DNA of 64,000 nucleotides from Verrucomicrobiales bacterium (GTDB lineage Bacteria; Verrucomicrobiota; Verrucomicrobiia; Verrucomicrobiales; DEV007), in NCBI GenBank assembly GCA_041917795.1, contig JAYRWX010000042.1, positions 44,981 through 108,980 of the forward strand, read 5' to 3'. The position numbers and the translations under genes were made by a program. The notes beneath the pieces are model-generated. The model did no database searches, was not told the origin of the DNA, and saw nothing but the letters and a program-made list of their open reading frames with translations. This document shows, in pieces, positions 38,340 to 47,812 of this stretch. Position 1 is the first letter of the stretch; every line of letters starts with the position of its first letter.

Positions 38340-39542
38340 ATGTCCAAGCTCTCCATCCGCGACCTGCAACCCGCCGGCAAACGCGTCCTCATGCGCGTCG
38401 ATTTCAACGTGCCGCTCGACGACCAACTCCAGATCACCGACGACACCCGCATCACCGCCGCGGTGCCCTCGATCGAACACCTTTCCAAGGCCGGTGCCAA
38501 GGTCATCCTCATGTCCCACCTCGGTCGCCCCAAGGCCGCGCCGAATCCGAAGTATTCGCTGAAGCCCGCCGCCGACCGACTTGGCGAACTGATCGACGCA
38601 CCGGTCCACTTCGTCGAGGACTGCATCGGTGAGAAGGCCGAAGCCGCCGTCGCCGCGATGAAGGACGGCGAGGTCCTCCTCCTCGAAAATGTGCGCTTTT
38701 ATCCCGGCGAGGAGGCCAACGACGCCGATTTCTCCAAGCAGCTCGCCGCCCTCGGCGACATCTACGTGAACGACGCCTTCGGCACCGCCCACCGTGCCCA
38801 CGCCTCCACCGCCGGCGTGACCGAATTTCTCAGCCCCTGCGCCATGGGCTTCCTTGTCGAGAAGGAGCTCGAATACCTTGTCGACAAGCTTGAGAACCCC
38901 GCCCGCCCCTTCGTCGTGATCATGGGCGGAGCCAAAGTCTCCGACAAGATCGAGGTCCTCAACCGTCTCATGGGCAAAGCCGACGCCTTCATCATCGGAG
39001 GGGCCATGGCCAATACCTTTCGCCTCGCCCAGGGTTACCAGATCGGCAACAGCCTCGCCGAGCCTGACAAGACCGACCTCGCCCTCCAGATTCTCGACAA
39101 GGCCGAAAAGAGCGGCATCGAATTTCTCCTGCCCGTTGACACCCGCCACACCGCCGAGTTCGCCGACGACGCCCCGACCGAATGCACCGCCCCCTGGGGC
39201 GAGGGCGGGACGATCCCGCAGGGTCGCGAGGGCATTGATATCGGCGACAAGGCCATCGAGCAGTTTTCCAAAAAGATCTCCGAGGCCGGTACCATCGTCT
39301 GGAACGGCCCTATGGGTGTCTTTGAAAAACGCGGTTTCGACATCGGCACCCGTGCCGTTGGCAAGGCGATTGCTGACAACACCAAGGCGGTCAAAATCGT
39401 CGGCGGCGGAGACTCCGTCACCGCGGCCAATCAATTCGGTTTCGGCGAGAAAATGGATCACATGTCCACTGGTGGCGGCGCCTCCCTCGAGCTCCTCGAG
39501 GGCAAGGAACTCCCCGGCATCGCCGCCCTCGATGAGAAGTGA
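38340..39542 (+). CDS. pgk: phosphoglycerate kinase
   Basis: KRVLMRVDFNVPLDD, SHLGRPKA, and the C-terminal STGGGASLELLEG. The start is set at the ATG at 38340. Confidence 0.96.
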   Translation: MSKLSIRDLQPAGKRVLMRVDFNVPLDDQLQITDDTRITAAVPSIEHLSKAGAKVILMSHLGRPKAAPNPKYSLKPAADRLGELIDAPVHFVEDCIGEKAEAAVAAMKDGEVLLLENVRFYPGEEANDADFSKQLAALGDIYVNDAFGTAHRAHASTAGVTEFLSPCAMGFLVEKELEYLVDKLENPARPFVVIMGGAKVSDKIEVLNRLMGKADAFIIGGAMANTFRLAQGYQIGNSLAEPDKTDLALQILDKAEKSGIEFLLPVDTRHTAEFADDAPTECTAPWGEGGTIPQGREGIDIGDKAIEQFSKKISEAGTIVWNGPMGVFEKRGFDIGTRAVGKAIADNTKAVKIVGGGDSVTAANQFGFGEKMDHMSTGGGASLELLEGKELPGIAALDEK

Positions 39543-39575
39543 TTCGATCCACCCGTGACTCCTGACTCCTGACCC

Positions 39576-40349
39576 GTGACCCATTCCATGAGCCGTAAAA
39601 ACATCATCGCCGCCAACTGGAAGATGAACATGACGCCCTCCGAGACGGCGTCCTTCCTCGACACCTTCCTCCAGGCCTTCAACGAAGCGACCTCGGTCGA
39701 CATCGTCCTCGCCCCGCCCTTCGTTTCCCTGGCCAAGGCCCACGAGCGGATGGCCTCCCATCCGGCGGTCTGCCTCTCCGCACAAAACATGTCGCATGAG
39801 GCTTCCGGTGCCTTCACCGGCGAAATCAACGCGGCGATGCTGAAGGAAGTGGGCTGCCAGTTCGTCATCCTCGGCCACAGCGAGCGTCGCTCGCTTTACG
39901 GTGAAGACGACGTCGTCATCAACAAAAAGGTCCACGCCGCCCTCGCCGCTGGACTGCTGCCCATCCTCTGCATCGGCGAGTCGCTCGAGGAGCGCGACGG
40001 CGGCCAGCTCGAGTTCGTGCTCTCGCAACAGCTCGAGGGCAGCCTCGCCAATGTCGACGCCTCTCAGATGGGATCGATCGTGATTGCTTACGAACCCGTC
40101 TGGGCCATCGGCACCGGCCGCACCGCGTCTCCGGAGCAGGCTCAGGAAACGCAGGCCTACGTCCGCAGTGTCATTGAGCGCCTCTATGGTGCCGGCGTCG
40201 CCGAGGCCATCCGCATCCAATACGGTGGCAGCGTCAAACCCGGCAACGCCGCCGAGCTGATCGCCCAACCCGACATCGACGGTTTCCTCGTCGGTGGTGC
40301 CAGCCTCGATCCGAACAGCTTTGCCGACATCGTCCGCGCGGCCCTCTGA
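39576..40349 (+). CDS. tpiA: triosephosphate isomerase
   Basis: IIAANWKMN, ILGHSERR, AYEPVWAIGTG and GGASL. An alternative start at 39588 gives MSRKN. Confidence 0.95.
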   Translation: MTHSMSRKNIIAANWKMNMTPSETASFLDTFLQAFNEATSVDIVLAPPFVSLAKAHERMASHPAVCLSAQNMSHEASGAFTGEINAAMLKEVGCQFVILGHSERRSLYGEDDVVINKKVHAALAAGLLPILCIGESLEERDGGQLEFVLSQQLEGSLANVDASQMGSIVIAYEPVWAIGTGRTASPEQAQETQAYVRSVIERLYGAGVAEAIRIQYGGSVKPGNAAELIAQPDIDGFLVGGASLDPNSFADIVRAAL

Positions 40350-40442
40350 CCGGCTCGCACGTCCCCTCCAGCGGACTCACGGTTTGCGGTTTACCGAAAT
40401 CCCCGGCATAGTGGGCCACCCCTCTCGGGGAACCCCCTCGAC

Positions 40443-40919
40443 ATGATCGGCAAACCCGTGGTGCAAGTGGAAGTAAAGAGCGTGCTCGCGACCAGCGCGG
40501 GCTCGGCCATCTTCCTTGGAAACGATGAAAAGGTCTTCGTCATCTACGTCGACCATTCCGTCGGTTCGGCCATCAACATGTTCCTCCAAGGCACGCCGAA
40601 GCCTCGCCCGCAGACCCACGATCTCTTCGCCGACGTCCTCACCGCACTCGGCGCCCACGTCGAGCGGGTCGTGATCAACGACTTCACCGACACCGTCTTT
40701 TTCGCCCGCCTCATCATCGTCGCCGAAAACGAGCTCGAGGAGCGCAAGATCGTCGAAATCGACGCCCGTCCCAGCGACAGCATCGCCCTCGCGGTCCAGG
40801 CTGACGCGCCCATTTACGTCGCCGCCCACGTCTGGGACTCGGTCGAGGACATGTCCATCGTCCTCAAGAAGATGCAGGATGCCAACGGCGAGACGGGAGA
40901 GGGTTTCCCCGAGATCTGA
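40443..40919 (+). CDS. bifunctional nuclease family protein (DUF151/BFN)
   Basis: FLGNDEKVFVIYVD...PRPQTHDL...EIDARPSDSIALAV is typical of BFN domains. Confidence 0.8.
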   Translation: MIGKPVVQVEVKSVLATSAGSAIFLGNDEKVFVIYVDHSVGSAINMFLQGTPKPRPQTHDLFADVLTALGAHVERVVINDFTDTVFFARLIIVAENELEERKIVEIDARPSDSIALAVQADAPIYVAAHVWDSVEDMSIVLKKMQDANGETGEGFPEI

Positions 40920-40948
40920 ACCCTCTTGGGTCGCGCACCCGACCCTCT

Positions 40949-42178
40949 TCAGTCCAGCGTGTGGACGAAAAGACCGGAGCGCAGCTTCGGCTCGAACCAG
41001 GTCGACTTAGGCGGCATGATTTCGCCTGCGTCGGCGATGTCGATGAGCTGCTGAACCGTGGTCGGATACATTGAAAAAGCCACCGCCCAATCGCCGCTGT
41101 CGACGCGTTTCTCGAGCTCCGCGGTGCCGCGGATGCCACCGATGAAATCGATGCGCTCGTCGGTACGCGGATCGCCGATCCCGAGCATCGGCACGAGCAC
41201 ATGGTCCTGGAGGAAGGACACGTCGAGCCGGTCGATCGGATTCGAGGATTCGACTGGTTCCCACATCAGGGTGTGCCAGTGGCCGTCGATGTAGATGCAG
41301 ACCGACTCGGGCCCGTCCGGCACCTTCGCGCCGTTCGAATCGAGGCGGAACTCGTCAGCGAGCCGTTTCAGGAAACCGTCGGAGGACATGCCGTTGAGAT
41401 CCTTCACGACCCGGTTGTAAGGCAGGATCTTGAGCTGGCTCGCCGGGAACATCACTGCCATGAACCAGTTGTAGCTCTCGGTGCCCTGATGATCCGGATT
41501 GGCATCGCGGCGCTCCTTGCCGACGCGGGCGGCGCTGGCGCTGCGGTGATGCCCGTCGGCGACGTAGGAGAGCGGTACCTGCGCGAGTGCCTCAAGCACC
41601 GGCCCGGCGTCCTTTTCCGCGACGCGCCAGACGGTGTGATGGACCTTCACGTCATCCGTGAAGTCGATCGTCGGCTCGTGCTGGCGGGTCCAGTCGGTCA
41701 CGAAAGCGTCGATGACCGCTTCGTCCTTGTAGGTCAGGAAAACCGGACCAGTGTTCGCACTAAGCACGTCGGTGAGGCGGGTGCGGTCGTCCTCCTTCAC
41801 CTTCCGGGTTTTCTCGTGCTTGCGGATCAGGTCGTTCTCGTAGTCCTCGATGTGGCAGCAGAGCGTGATCCCGGTCTGGGCTCGGCCCTCCATGATCTGG
41901 CGATAGAGATAGATGCAGGGCTCCGGCTCGCGGAGGAAGCTGCCCTCGCGCTGCATCTTCTCGAAGTTCACCTTGGCGTGGGCGTAAACCTCCTCGCTGT
42001 AGGGATTGACATCGACGGGCAGTTCCAGCTCGGCGCGCTCGACGCGGAGGAAGCTGTGCGGTTTCCCCTCGGCGAGGGCGCGGGCCTCCTCGGTGTTGAT
42101 GACGTCGTAGGGCACCGAGGCCAGTTCGGCGGCAACAGCGGGTGCGGGGACGAGGGCGGGAAAGGCTTTGACTCTCAT
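40949..42178 (-). CDS. DUF1015 family protein
   Basis: MRVKAFPALVP...ASVPYDVINTEEAR is the characteristic DUF1015 N-terminus. The start is set at the ATG at 42176-42178. Confidence 0.8.
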   Translation of the reverse strand: MRVKAFPALVPAPAVAAELASVPYDVINTEEARALAEGKPHSFLRVERAELELPVDVNPYSEEVYAHAKVNFEKMQREGSFLREPEPCIYLYRQIMEGRAQTGITLCCHIEDYENDLIRKHEKTRKVKEDDRTRLTDVLSANTGPVFLTYKDEAVIDAFVTDWTRQHEPTIDFTDDVKVHHTVWRVAEKDAGPVLEALAQVPLSYVADGHHRSASAARVGKERRDANPDHQGTESYNWFMAVMFPASQLKILPYNRVVKDLNGMSSDGFLKRLADEFRLDSNGAKVPDGPESVCIYIDGHWHTLMWEPVESSNPIDRLDVSFLQDHVLVPMLGIGDPRTDERIDFIGGIRGTAELEKRVDSGDWAVAFSMYPTTVQQLIDIADAGEIMPPKSTWFEPKLRSGLFVHTLD

Positions 42179-42251
42179 GGGGAGGGTGATCTGGAATTGA
42201 GCCGAAACTGCTACACGCGGAGTCCGGGAGCACAAGGGGAGAATCGGGAAG

Positions 42252-42950
42252 CTAGGAGCTGGAATGTAGAATCTCGAGGACAACACCGGACTCCACCTCG
42301 GTCAGAGAATCCACGATCCGGGCGGCGCCCATGCCATCGAAGCTCTCGCGCGGATGGGTGGTGGTGACGACGAGGACCCGCATCCCGGCAGCGAGGGCGG
42401 CTTCGACCCCGACGTGGGCGTCCTCGATGACGAGACAGCGCGACGGATTGCGGTCGATCTTGCGGGCGGCCTCAAGGAAGACATCGGGGGCCGGCTTGCC
42501 GCGGGTGACATCCTCGGCGCCGGTGAGTTTGTCACCAAAAAAGCGGTCGAGACCGGTGGCGGCGAAGCAGACCTCGATGTTCTTGCGAGAGGTGGAGGAG
42601 CCGAGCGAAATCGGAATGCCGGCCTTGGCGAGAGATTCGAGGAGGGATACGACGCCAGGGAGCGGCTCGATTCCGTCCACGGCGATGAGTTCGCGGTAGA
42701 GTTGCTCCTTTCTCTCACCGAGGGCGTGGATCGTGGCATGATCGTCGGGCTCGGCCCAATGGAAGACATGGGGGATACACATGACGTTGCGCATGCCGAA
42801 GGACTCCTTGAACTGCTCCTTGGTGAGTGGCTTGCCGACCTCGGCGGCGAGCTGGAACCAGCTCCGCTCGTGTTGGTCGTGCGAATCGATGAGGACACCG
42901 TCGAGGTCGAAGACGACGCCGAGATCAGAGGCGGCAAGGGGTGAGGGCAT
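42252..42950 (-). CDS. HAD-IA family hydrolase (beta-phosphoglucomutase-like)
   Basis: It has VVFDLDGVLIDS (motif I), a GSST-type motif II region, KPAPDVF and IEDAHVGVEAA. Confidence 0.85.
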   Translation of the reverse strand: MPSPLAASDLGVVFDLDGVLIDSHDQHERSWFQLAAEVGKPLTKEQFKESFGMRNVMCIPHVFHWAEPDDHATIHALGERKEQLYRELIAVDGIEPLPGVVSLLESLAKAGIPISLGSSTSRKNIEVCFAATGLDRFFGDKLTGAEDVTRGKPAPDVFLEAARKIDRNPSRCLVIEDAHVGVEAALAAGMRVLVVTTTHPRESFDGMGAARIVDSLTEVESGVVLEILHSSS

Positions 42951-42995
42951 GGCGGTCGGAAAGGTCCGCCATGGGAGGCCGCGTGCAAGGCAATC

Positions 42996-45900
42996 TCATC
43001 TCGCCTGCAAACGCAGCCTCACCTGGTCGCGCTTGGTGGGATCGGATTCCGCGCGTCCTTGGAGATTCGCGTTGAGGGCGGTGCCGCGACCGGTGCGGCG
43101 CGACCGGATCTCGATGCGTCCGTCGGCGGGTGTGGCGGGATCCGGTATGCTCGCGTGGCCGGTGATGAGGTCGGCCGAGAGGTTGCCAAGGATGCGGTTG
43201 AAGTAAGTGATGCGAAAATCGCTGTTGCTTCCCGTTGCCCGCAGGAGCAATGGTCCGCGGCCGCCATCGTTTTCGACGAGCGCCCAATCCTTTGCCGCCC
43301 GACCGGGGCGCAGGGATCGGTTGATGGATTGGCCGGGACCATAATCGTCGTCGCCGACCAACTCGCGCAGGGAGGGTCCGATGCTGAGATCGGGTTGAAC
43401 GGGACCGGTCGGAGCCACGAGATGACGCAGCGGCGCACTCGCTTCGCTCTCGCCCGAATCGTTGATTCCGACGATCCAATAGGAGGCTGTCGTCCGGGCG
43501 GGAGATTCGTCCAAGAACCGCGGCTGCGTCGAAGTGCCGATCACGACTGCGAGGCTGAAATCGTTCGATGCCGATCGATGGATGCGGTACGAGAGGGTGC
43601 CCGGTGCATCAGTCCATTCGAGCAGAAGGCCCGATCCTGACCGGCTCAGGCGGAGGTCCCGGGGGCTCGCGGGTGGAGCGTTTTCCAAGCCCGAAAGCGG
43701 ACTGCCGTCGAGCTGGAGGAGGAAGGCGGAAAGCTGGACGCGCTCGGCGGAGCCGAGGGCCGCGATCCGTCGGTGGGGCGCGGCGGCCGCGAGCTTTTCC
43801 GGGGTGGAGACCTGGATCTCGTCGATCCCGATGCCGAGCCAACTCGGAGAGGTGGCGGTGAGCTGGACGGTATTGTTGGCTCCCGCCCGCAGGGGGACCT
43901 GGTCGATCCTGACAAACTGCCAGTTCACCTGTCGCCAGTCGGGCACGGTCTGCGCCACGGGCACGAAGTGGTCGGCTCCGTTGACCCGGACGCGGAGGAT
44001 GCCACTGGAGTAACCCAGGCTGTAGCGGACCGCGATCGATCCCAACCCGCCGGATCCGCCGTCGATGTCGGCGAGGGTCAGGGTGCCGCCATTCCAGATC
44101 TGCGCGAAGGCTTCTCCGCGGACGGTTTCGTCGGTATTGTAATAAGTCCACTCGGTCACGCGTTCGCCCTCACCATTGATGCTGCCACCCTCGGCGGGGA
44201 TCTGGCGTCCGCCAGCTGCAGTGAAGACTTCGGCAAGGCCCGCCGCGCTGCCGTCGTGGAGGTAGGGCGCGGATTCCCAGAGTCCGCGCAGGGTCGGGGT
44301 CTCGATGCCGGTGAGAAGCCCGCCGATGCGGGAGCCGGAGGTGGTACCCGTGGTACCGACATCGTGGAGGAGACCATCGGTCATCTCGGTGCCGGTGTGG
44401 CAGGTGGCGCAGGCCTCGCGCTCGAAGATGGCGGCACCGGCGATCGCGTCGTCGGTCATTGCGCCACCGGCGCGGCGGTACGGACTGCGTGGGATGGTGG
44501 AATGATCGAGGCTGCCGAGATAGGCGGCGAGGGCGTCGAGATCGGTGCTGAGCCCGCCCTTGGGCGCGCCCAAGGGGCTCGTTGCCGCGAATTGTGGATC
44601 GGTTAGGAAACCGGTCCCGCCGAAGTGGTGGCGGATGTCATGCTCGAAATCCTGGATCTCGTCGAAGTTGGCGGTCCAGTGGACGCGGCCCTGCCGGATG
44701 CCGGCCCGTCCGGTGAGCGAGGTGGTGTTGCGGAGCCCTTCGCCGCGGCCGGTGAAGTCCCAGGTGCGGCCATCGATTCCTCCGTCGGCATGGCAGGTCG
44801 CGCAAGAAAGGTAGCCCTCGGCGCTCATGCGTGGGTCGCCGGCATGGTGGAAGATTCGCTTGCCGCGCAGGATCGGTTCAGACAGCACTTCCCGTCCGGT
44901 GGTAGCGATGGATTGACGTGGAAAATCGGCGCGACCGGCTGCGAAGAATTCGTCGAGTTCGAAGACGCTGAGGTCGCGACCGAGATCGTTTTTCACGAAA
45001 AGGCGGCTCGTCACCGGGTCGAAAGCGAGGCCGCGGGGTGCGCTGCCGACCCGTTGTCGCGAGGCGAACCCACCGAAACCGGCGGAGCGCTCCACCTCGT
45101 AGCGGTCGAAGATGGCGAGGTCGTTGTTGCCTTGGAGGGTGACAAAGAAGTAGTCGTCGAGCGGACTGAAAACCACCGCGCTGGCCGAGTCGCTGTTGTC
45201 GAGGTCAATGGAGTCGATGGTCTGCCGGGTGGTGGTGTCGACGATGGTCAGCAGGTTTCGCACGGTGTTGTCCTGGTCGAGATCGGCGCCAACGAGAGGA
45301 CCCTTGTCGCTGTTCATCTTGTTCGAGGTGATCAGCAGTCGCGTGCCGTCTTTGCTGACGGCGAGGCCGGAGAGGTAATTGGGAGTGCCCTTGCCCTCGG
45401 CGGTGGAGTCGCGGTGGGCATTGTTGCCGAGCTTGTCGAGGCGGATGGTGGCGGTGAGGCTCATCGAGGAGGTGTCGACCTGCCAGACCTCACCGTGATG
45501 CGCCGCGGAGATGAATCTCGTGACGTAGAGGGTGCGGCCGTCGGGCGAGAGTGCCAGAGCGCGGGCCGACGGCCCGAGGGCGAGGCGCCCGGTGATCGAG
45601 CCCGTGAGCGTGTCGATACGGATGACCTCGCCGGTCCCTGACAAAGATACAAAAGCCGAGGGGCCGTCGATGACGAGACCATGGGGTGCATCGCCGTAAT
45701 CGAGCGGAATCGGGGCAAGAGTGGAGCCATCGGGTCGCACCCGGGCGATGCGGTCGTCTCCGCGGCAGGCGATCCAGACCTGGCCATCGGCATCGATCGC
45801 GAGGCTGCGGGGATCCTTCCCAACGGCCACCTCGAAGCGCCGCGCGAGGGTGTCGGTATGGATCGCGGTGACGGTGCCGTGATCGGGATTTACGGTCCAG

Positions 45901-47639
45901 ACCGTTCGGCGGGCCTCGTCGCAGTCGACCTCGCTGCTGCGTGGGGGAGTGCGGGTGGCGATCTCGTTGGTGACGGTGATGGTCATCACGGAGGTCGCGG
46001 TGAGGCCGGCCGAGTTGCGCACGTGGGCCTTTGCGAGAAAGCGTCCGCTCTGCGTGTAGGTATGGCTGGCCGAAGCCGAGGTGCTCCATGCGCTGCCCTC
46101 CCCGCCATCGCCGAAGTCGTAGCGATACTCCAGCGGGCCATGATCCGGATCGGAGGCGATGGTGCCGAGGGTGAGGTTTTGGTTGGGGCGGGCGGGATGG
46201 GCGGCGCTGGTGAAGCTTTGGATCTGCGGAGGCCGGTTACCGGAGACGGTGTCGCCGGTGGAGAAGAGAAAGCGGTATTCCTCCATCGCGTTGCCCGCCG
46301 CGTCCTTGATCCCGGCTCCGGTGAGGAGGACCTCGTAGGTGGTGTCGGCCAGCAGGTCCTGATCCGGAGTGAAAGTGAGGATGTCGTCGAAGGAAAAGAC
46401 CGCGCGCCCCGCGACCGGTGCCCCGCCCAAGGGACGCACCACCAGATTCGTCCCGGGACGAATCGTGGTGGTGTCGAGGGTCTCGTGGATCAAGAGTGAG
46501 ATCGATGCCCCGCGCGGATAGCGGGTTTGCCCGGGACGAGGCAGATGATAGCCGACGAAAGGTGGTCGTGTATCCGGTGCCGCCTGATGTGCCCAGATCG
46601 CGAGGCCCTGATGTTCGCCGATTCCGCCGGTGGCGAGCAAATTGCCGATGGGGAGCAGGAATTGGCTGGTGTCCACGTTTTTTCCCTCGGCGTCGAGCCG
46701 CAGGACGGAGCGGTGGGTGCGCATGTCGACCTTGTGGCTGCCGAGGAAGGCGTATTCGTCCTGGAACTGCACATACATCGTCTCGGCTCCTGGCAGGGGA
46801 ACGTCGCTGACGAGGCGCAGGTTCTCCGGGTCGGTGACCTCGACCACCCGCATGCCGGTGGTGGGCTCCTGATAGGGGAAGACAACGAAGAGCCGTCCTT
46901 CGCCACCCCAGAGTTCCGGCCAATAGCCGCCGGGCCCGCCGCTCTTCAGCACGTCAAGGAGGCGCGGCTGGCGCGGATCGCTGATGTCGTAGGTGGCGAC
47001 ACCGGTGCGGCTCTGATCGGAGGCGAAGATGAGAAGGTTCCCGACGATGAAAGGGTGTCCGATCACGCCCGTCTCGCCAATGTGGTTCCAACTCGCGAGT
47101 ACCTCGCCGTTTTTCCGGAGCACCGCCGGGTTCGCGATCTCGCCGGGATTGTAACTCCAATACGTGTTGATGTGCCAAGGCTGGAAGAGGTCGCCCCGAT
47201 CGTAGGGACCGCTCAGTCCGGGAGCCGTCGTGCGCTGGTTCACCCCCGGGGAGACCGCCCGGAAGGAAAAAGGGGAGTTCGAAGGCCAGTTGTCGCCGAG
47301 GCAGAGGTAATCCCCCATCGACAGGTAACCGTGGGCCATCACGGGGTGCTCGGTTTCGCCGTAGGTCTCGGCCACGGTGACGTTGGAAAGGTTCGAGAGA
47401 TTCCAGCGGCGCACCAGAAAGTCCGAGCCAGGCTGGCTCGAGGGCATCTCGGGCACCGTGTAAAGCCAGCCGTTATGGTAGGCGATCACCGCTGTGCGAC
47501 CCTGCTGGGGAGCGAGCAGGGGCGTCAGGAGGGCTCCCGCGGTCTGCGGGACATTGGGAAAACCCTGTCCGAGGAGCGGGGCCAGGGACGCGAGGAATTT
47601 CCCCGCCAGCACCAGCCAGGCCGCTCGATTAATTCTCAT
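42996..47639 (-). CDS. 1547-aa exported multidomain protein: N-terminal propeller-like region, Ig-like and PKD domains, YVTN-type beta-propeller, di-haem cytochrome c peroxidase-like module, CBM-like and Fn3-like C-terminal domains
   Basis: The signal peptide is MRINRAAWLVLAGKFLASLAPLLG. The PKD block is YRYDFGDGG...HTYTQSGRF. Two CxxCH motifs are present: CATCH at 44790-44804 and CATCH at 44397-44411. The Fn3-like block is PRDLRL...LEWTDAPGTLSYRIHRS. Confidence 0.8.
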   Translation of the reverse strand: MRINRAAWLVLAGKFLASLAPLLGQGFPNVPQTAGALLTPLLAPQQGRTAVIAYHNGWLYTVPEMPSSQPGSDFLVRRWNLSNLSNVTVAETYGETEHPVMAHGYLSMGDYLCLGDNWPSNSPFSFRAVSPGVNQRTTAPGLSGPYDRGDLFQPWHINTYWSYNPGEIANPAVLRKNGEVLASWNHIGETGVIGHPFIVGNLLIFASDQSRTGVATYDISDPRQPRLLDVLKSGGPGGYWPELWGGEGRLFVVFPYQEPTTGMRVVEVTDPENLRLVSDVPLPGAETMYVQFQDEYAFLGSHKVDMRTHRSVLRLDAEGKNVDTSQFLLPIGNLLATGGIGEHQGLAIWAHQAAPDTRPPFVGYHLPRPGQTRYPRGASISLLIHETLDTTTIRPGTNLVVRPLGGAPVAGRAVFSFDDILTFTPDQDLLADTTYEVLLTGAGIKDAAGNAMEEYRFLFSTGDTVSGNRPPQIQSFTSAAHPARPNQNLTLGTIASDPDHGPLEYRYDFGDGGEGSAWSTSASASHTYTQSGRFLAKAHVRNSAGLTATSVMTITVTNEIATRTPPRSSEVDCDEARRTVWTVNPDHGTVTAIHTDTLARRFEVAVGKDPRSLAIDADGQVWIACRGDDRIARVRPDGSTLAPIPLDYGDAPHGLVIDGPSAFVSLSGTGEVIRIDTLTGSITGRLALGPSARALALSPDGRTLYVTRFISAAHHGEVWQVDTSSMSLTATIRLDKLGNNAHRDSTAEGKGTPNYLSGLAVSKDGTRLLITSNKMNSDKGPLVGADLDQDNTVRNLLTIVDTTTRQTIDSIDLDNSDSASAVVFSPLDDYFFVTLQGNNDLAIFDRYEVERSAGFGGFASRQRVGSAPRGLAFDPVTSRLFVKNDLGRDLSVFELDEFFAAGRADFPRQSIATTGREVLSEPILRGKRIFHHAGDPRMSAEGYLSCATCHADGGIDGRTWDFTGRGEGLRNTTSLTGRAGIRQGRVHWTANFDEIQDFEHDIRHHFGGTGFLTDPQFAATSPLGAPKGGLSTDLDALAAYLGSLDHSTIPRSPYRRAGGAMTDDAIAGAAIFEREACATCHTGTEMTDGLLHDVGTTGTTSGSRIGGLLTGIETPTLRGLWESAPYLHDGSAAGLAEVFTAAGGRQIPAEGGSINGEGERVTEWTYYNTDETVRGEAFAQIWNGGTLTLADIDGGSGGLGSIAVRYSLGYSSGILRVRVNGADHFVPVAQTVPDWRQVNWQFVRIDQVPLRAGANNTVQLTATSPSWLGIGIDEIQVSTPEKLAAAAPHRRIAALGSAERVQLSAFLLQLDGSPLSGLENAPPASPRDLRLSRSGSGLLLEWTDAPGTLSYRIHRSASNDFSLAVVIGTSTQPRFLDESPARTTASYWIVGINDSGESEASAPLRHLVAPTGPVQPDLSIGPSLRELVGDDDYGPGQSINRSLRPGRAAKDWALVENDGGRGPLLLRATGSNSDFRITYFNRILGNLSADLITGHASIPDPATPADGRIEIRSRRTGRGTALNANLQGRAESDPTKRDQVRLRLQAR

Positions 47640-47754
47640 AATTATGATTTTTATCTTAAATATCGAATTTGTCCAATGGTCTCCTCGGATGACCTGTCCC
47701 CGAGAGGAAGAAGACGAGGATTAGGGGACAAAACGAATCTTTAAGAAAATTTAG

Positions 47755-47773
47755 ATTTCAGAATTTCTGAAAT
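47755..47773. promoter_or_regulatory. perfect 19-nt palindrome ATTTCAGAA-T-TTCTGAAAT in an AT-rich divergent intergenic region
   Basis: Read directly from the sequence. It lies 40 bp upstream of the start of the 47813 gene and 116 bp upstream of the start of the giant minus-strand gene. Confidence 0.5.
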
Positions 47774-47812
47774 TACTGCATAGTTCGCGAGACTTTCTGT
47801 CTGCTTGAACCG

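Noticed and set aside
40928-40945. The hairpin GGGTCG-cgcacc-CGACCC between the convergent BFN and DUF1015 genes, as a possible bidirectional terminator.
   Set aside because: The stem is only 6 bp and there is no flanking T or A run. It is too weak to call as a feature.
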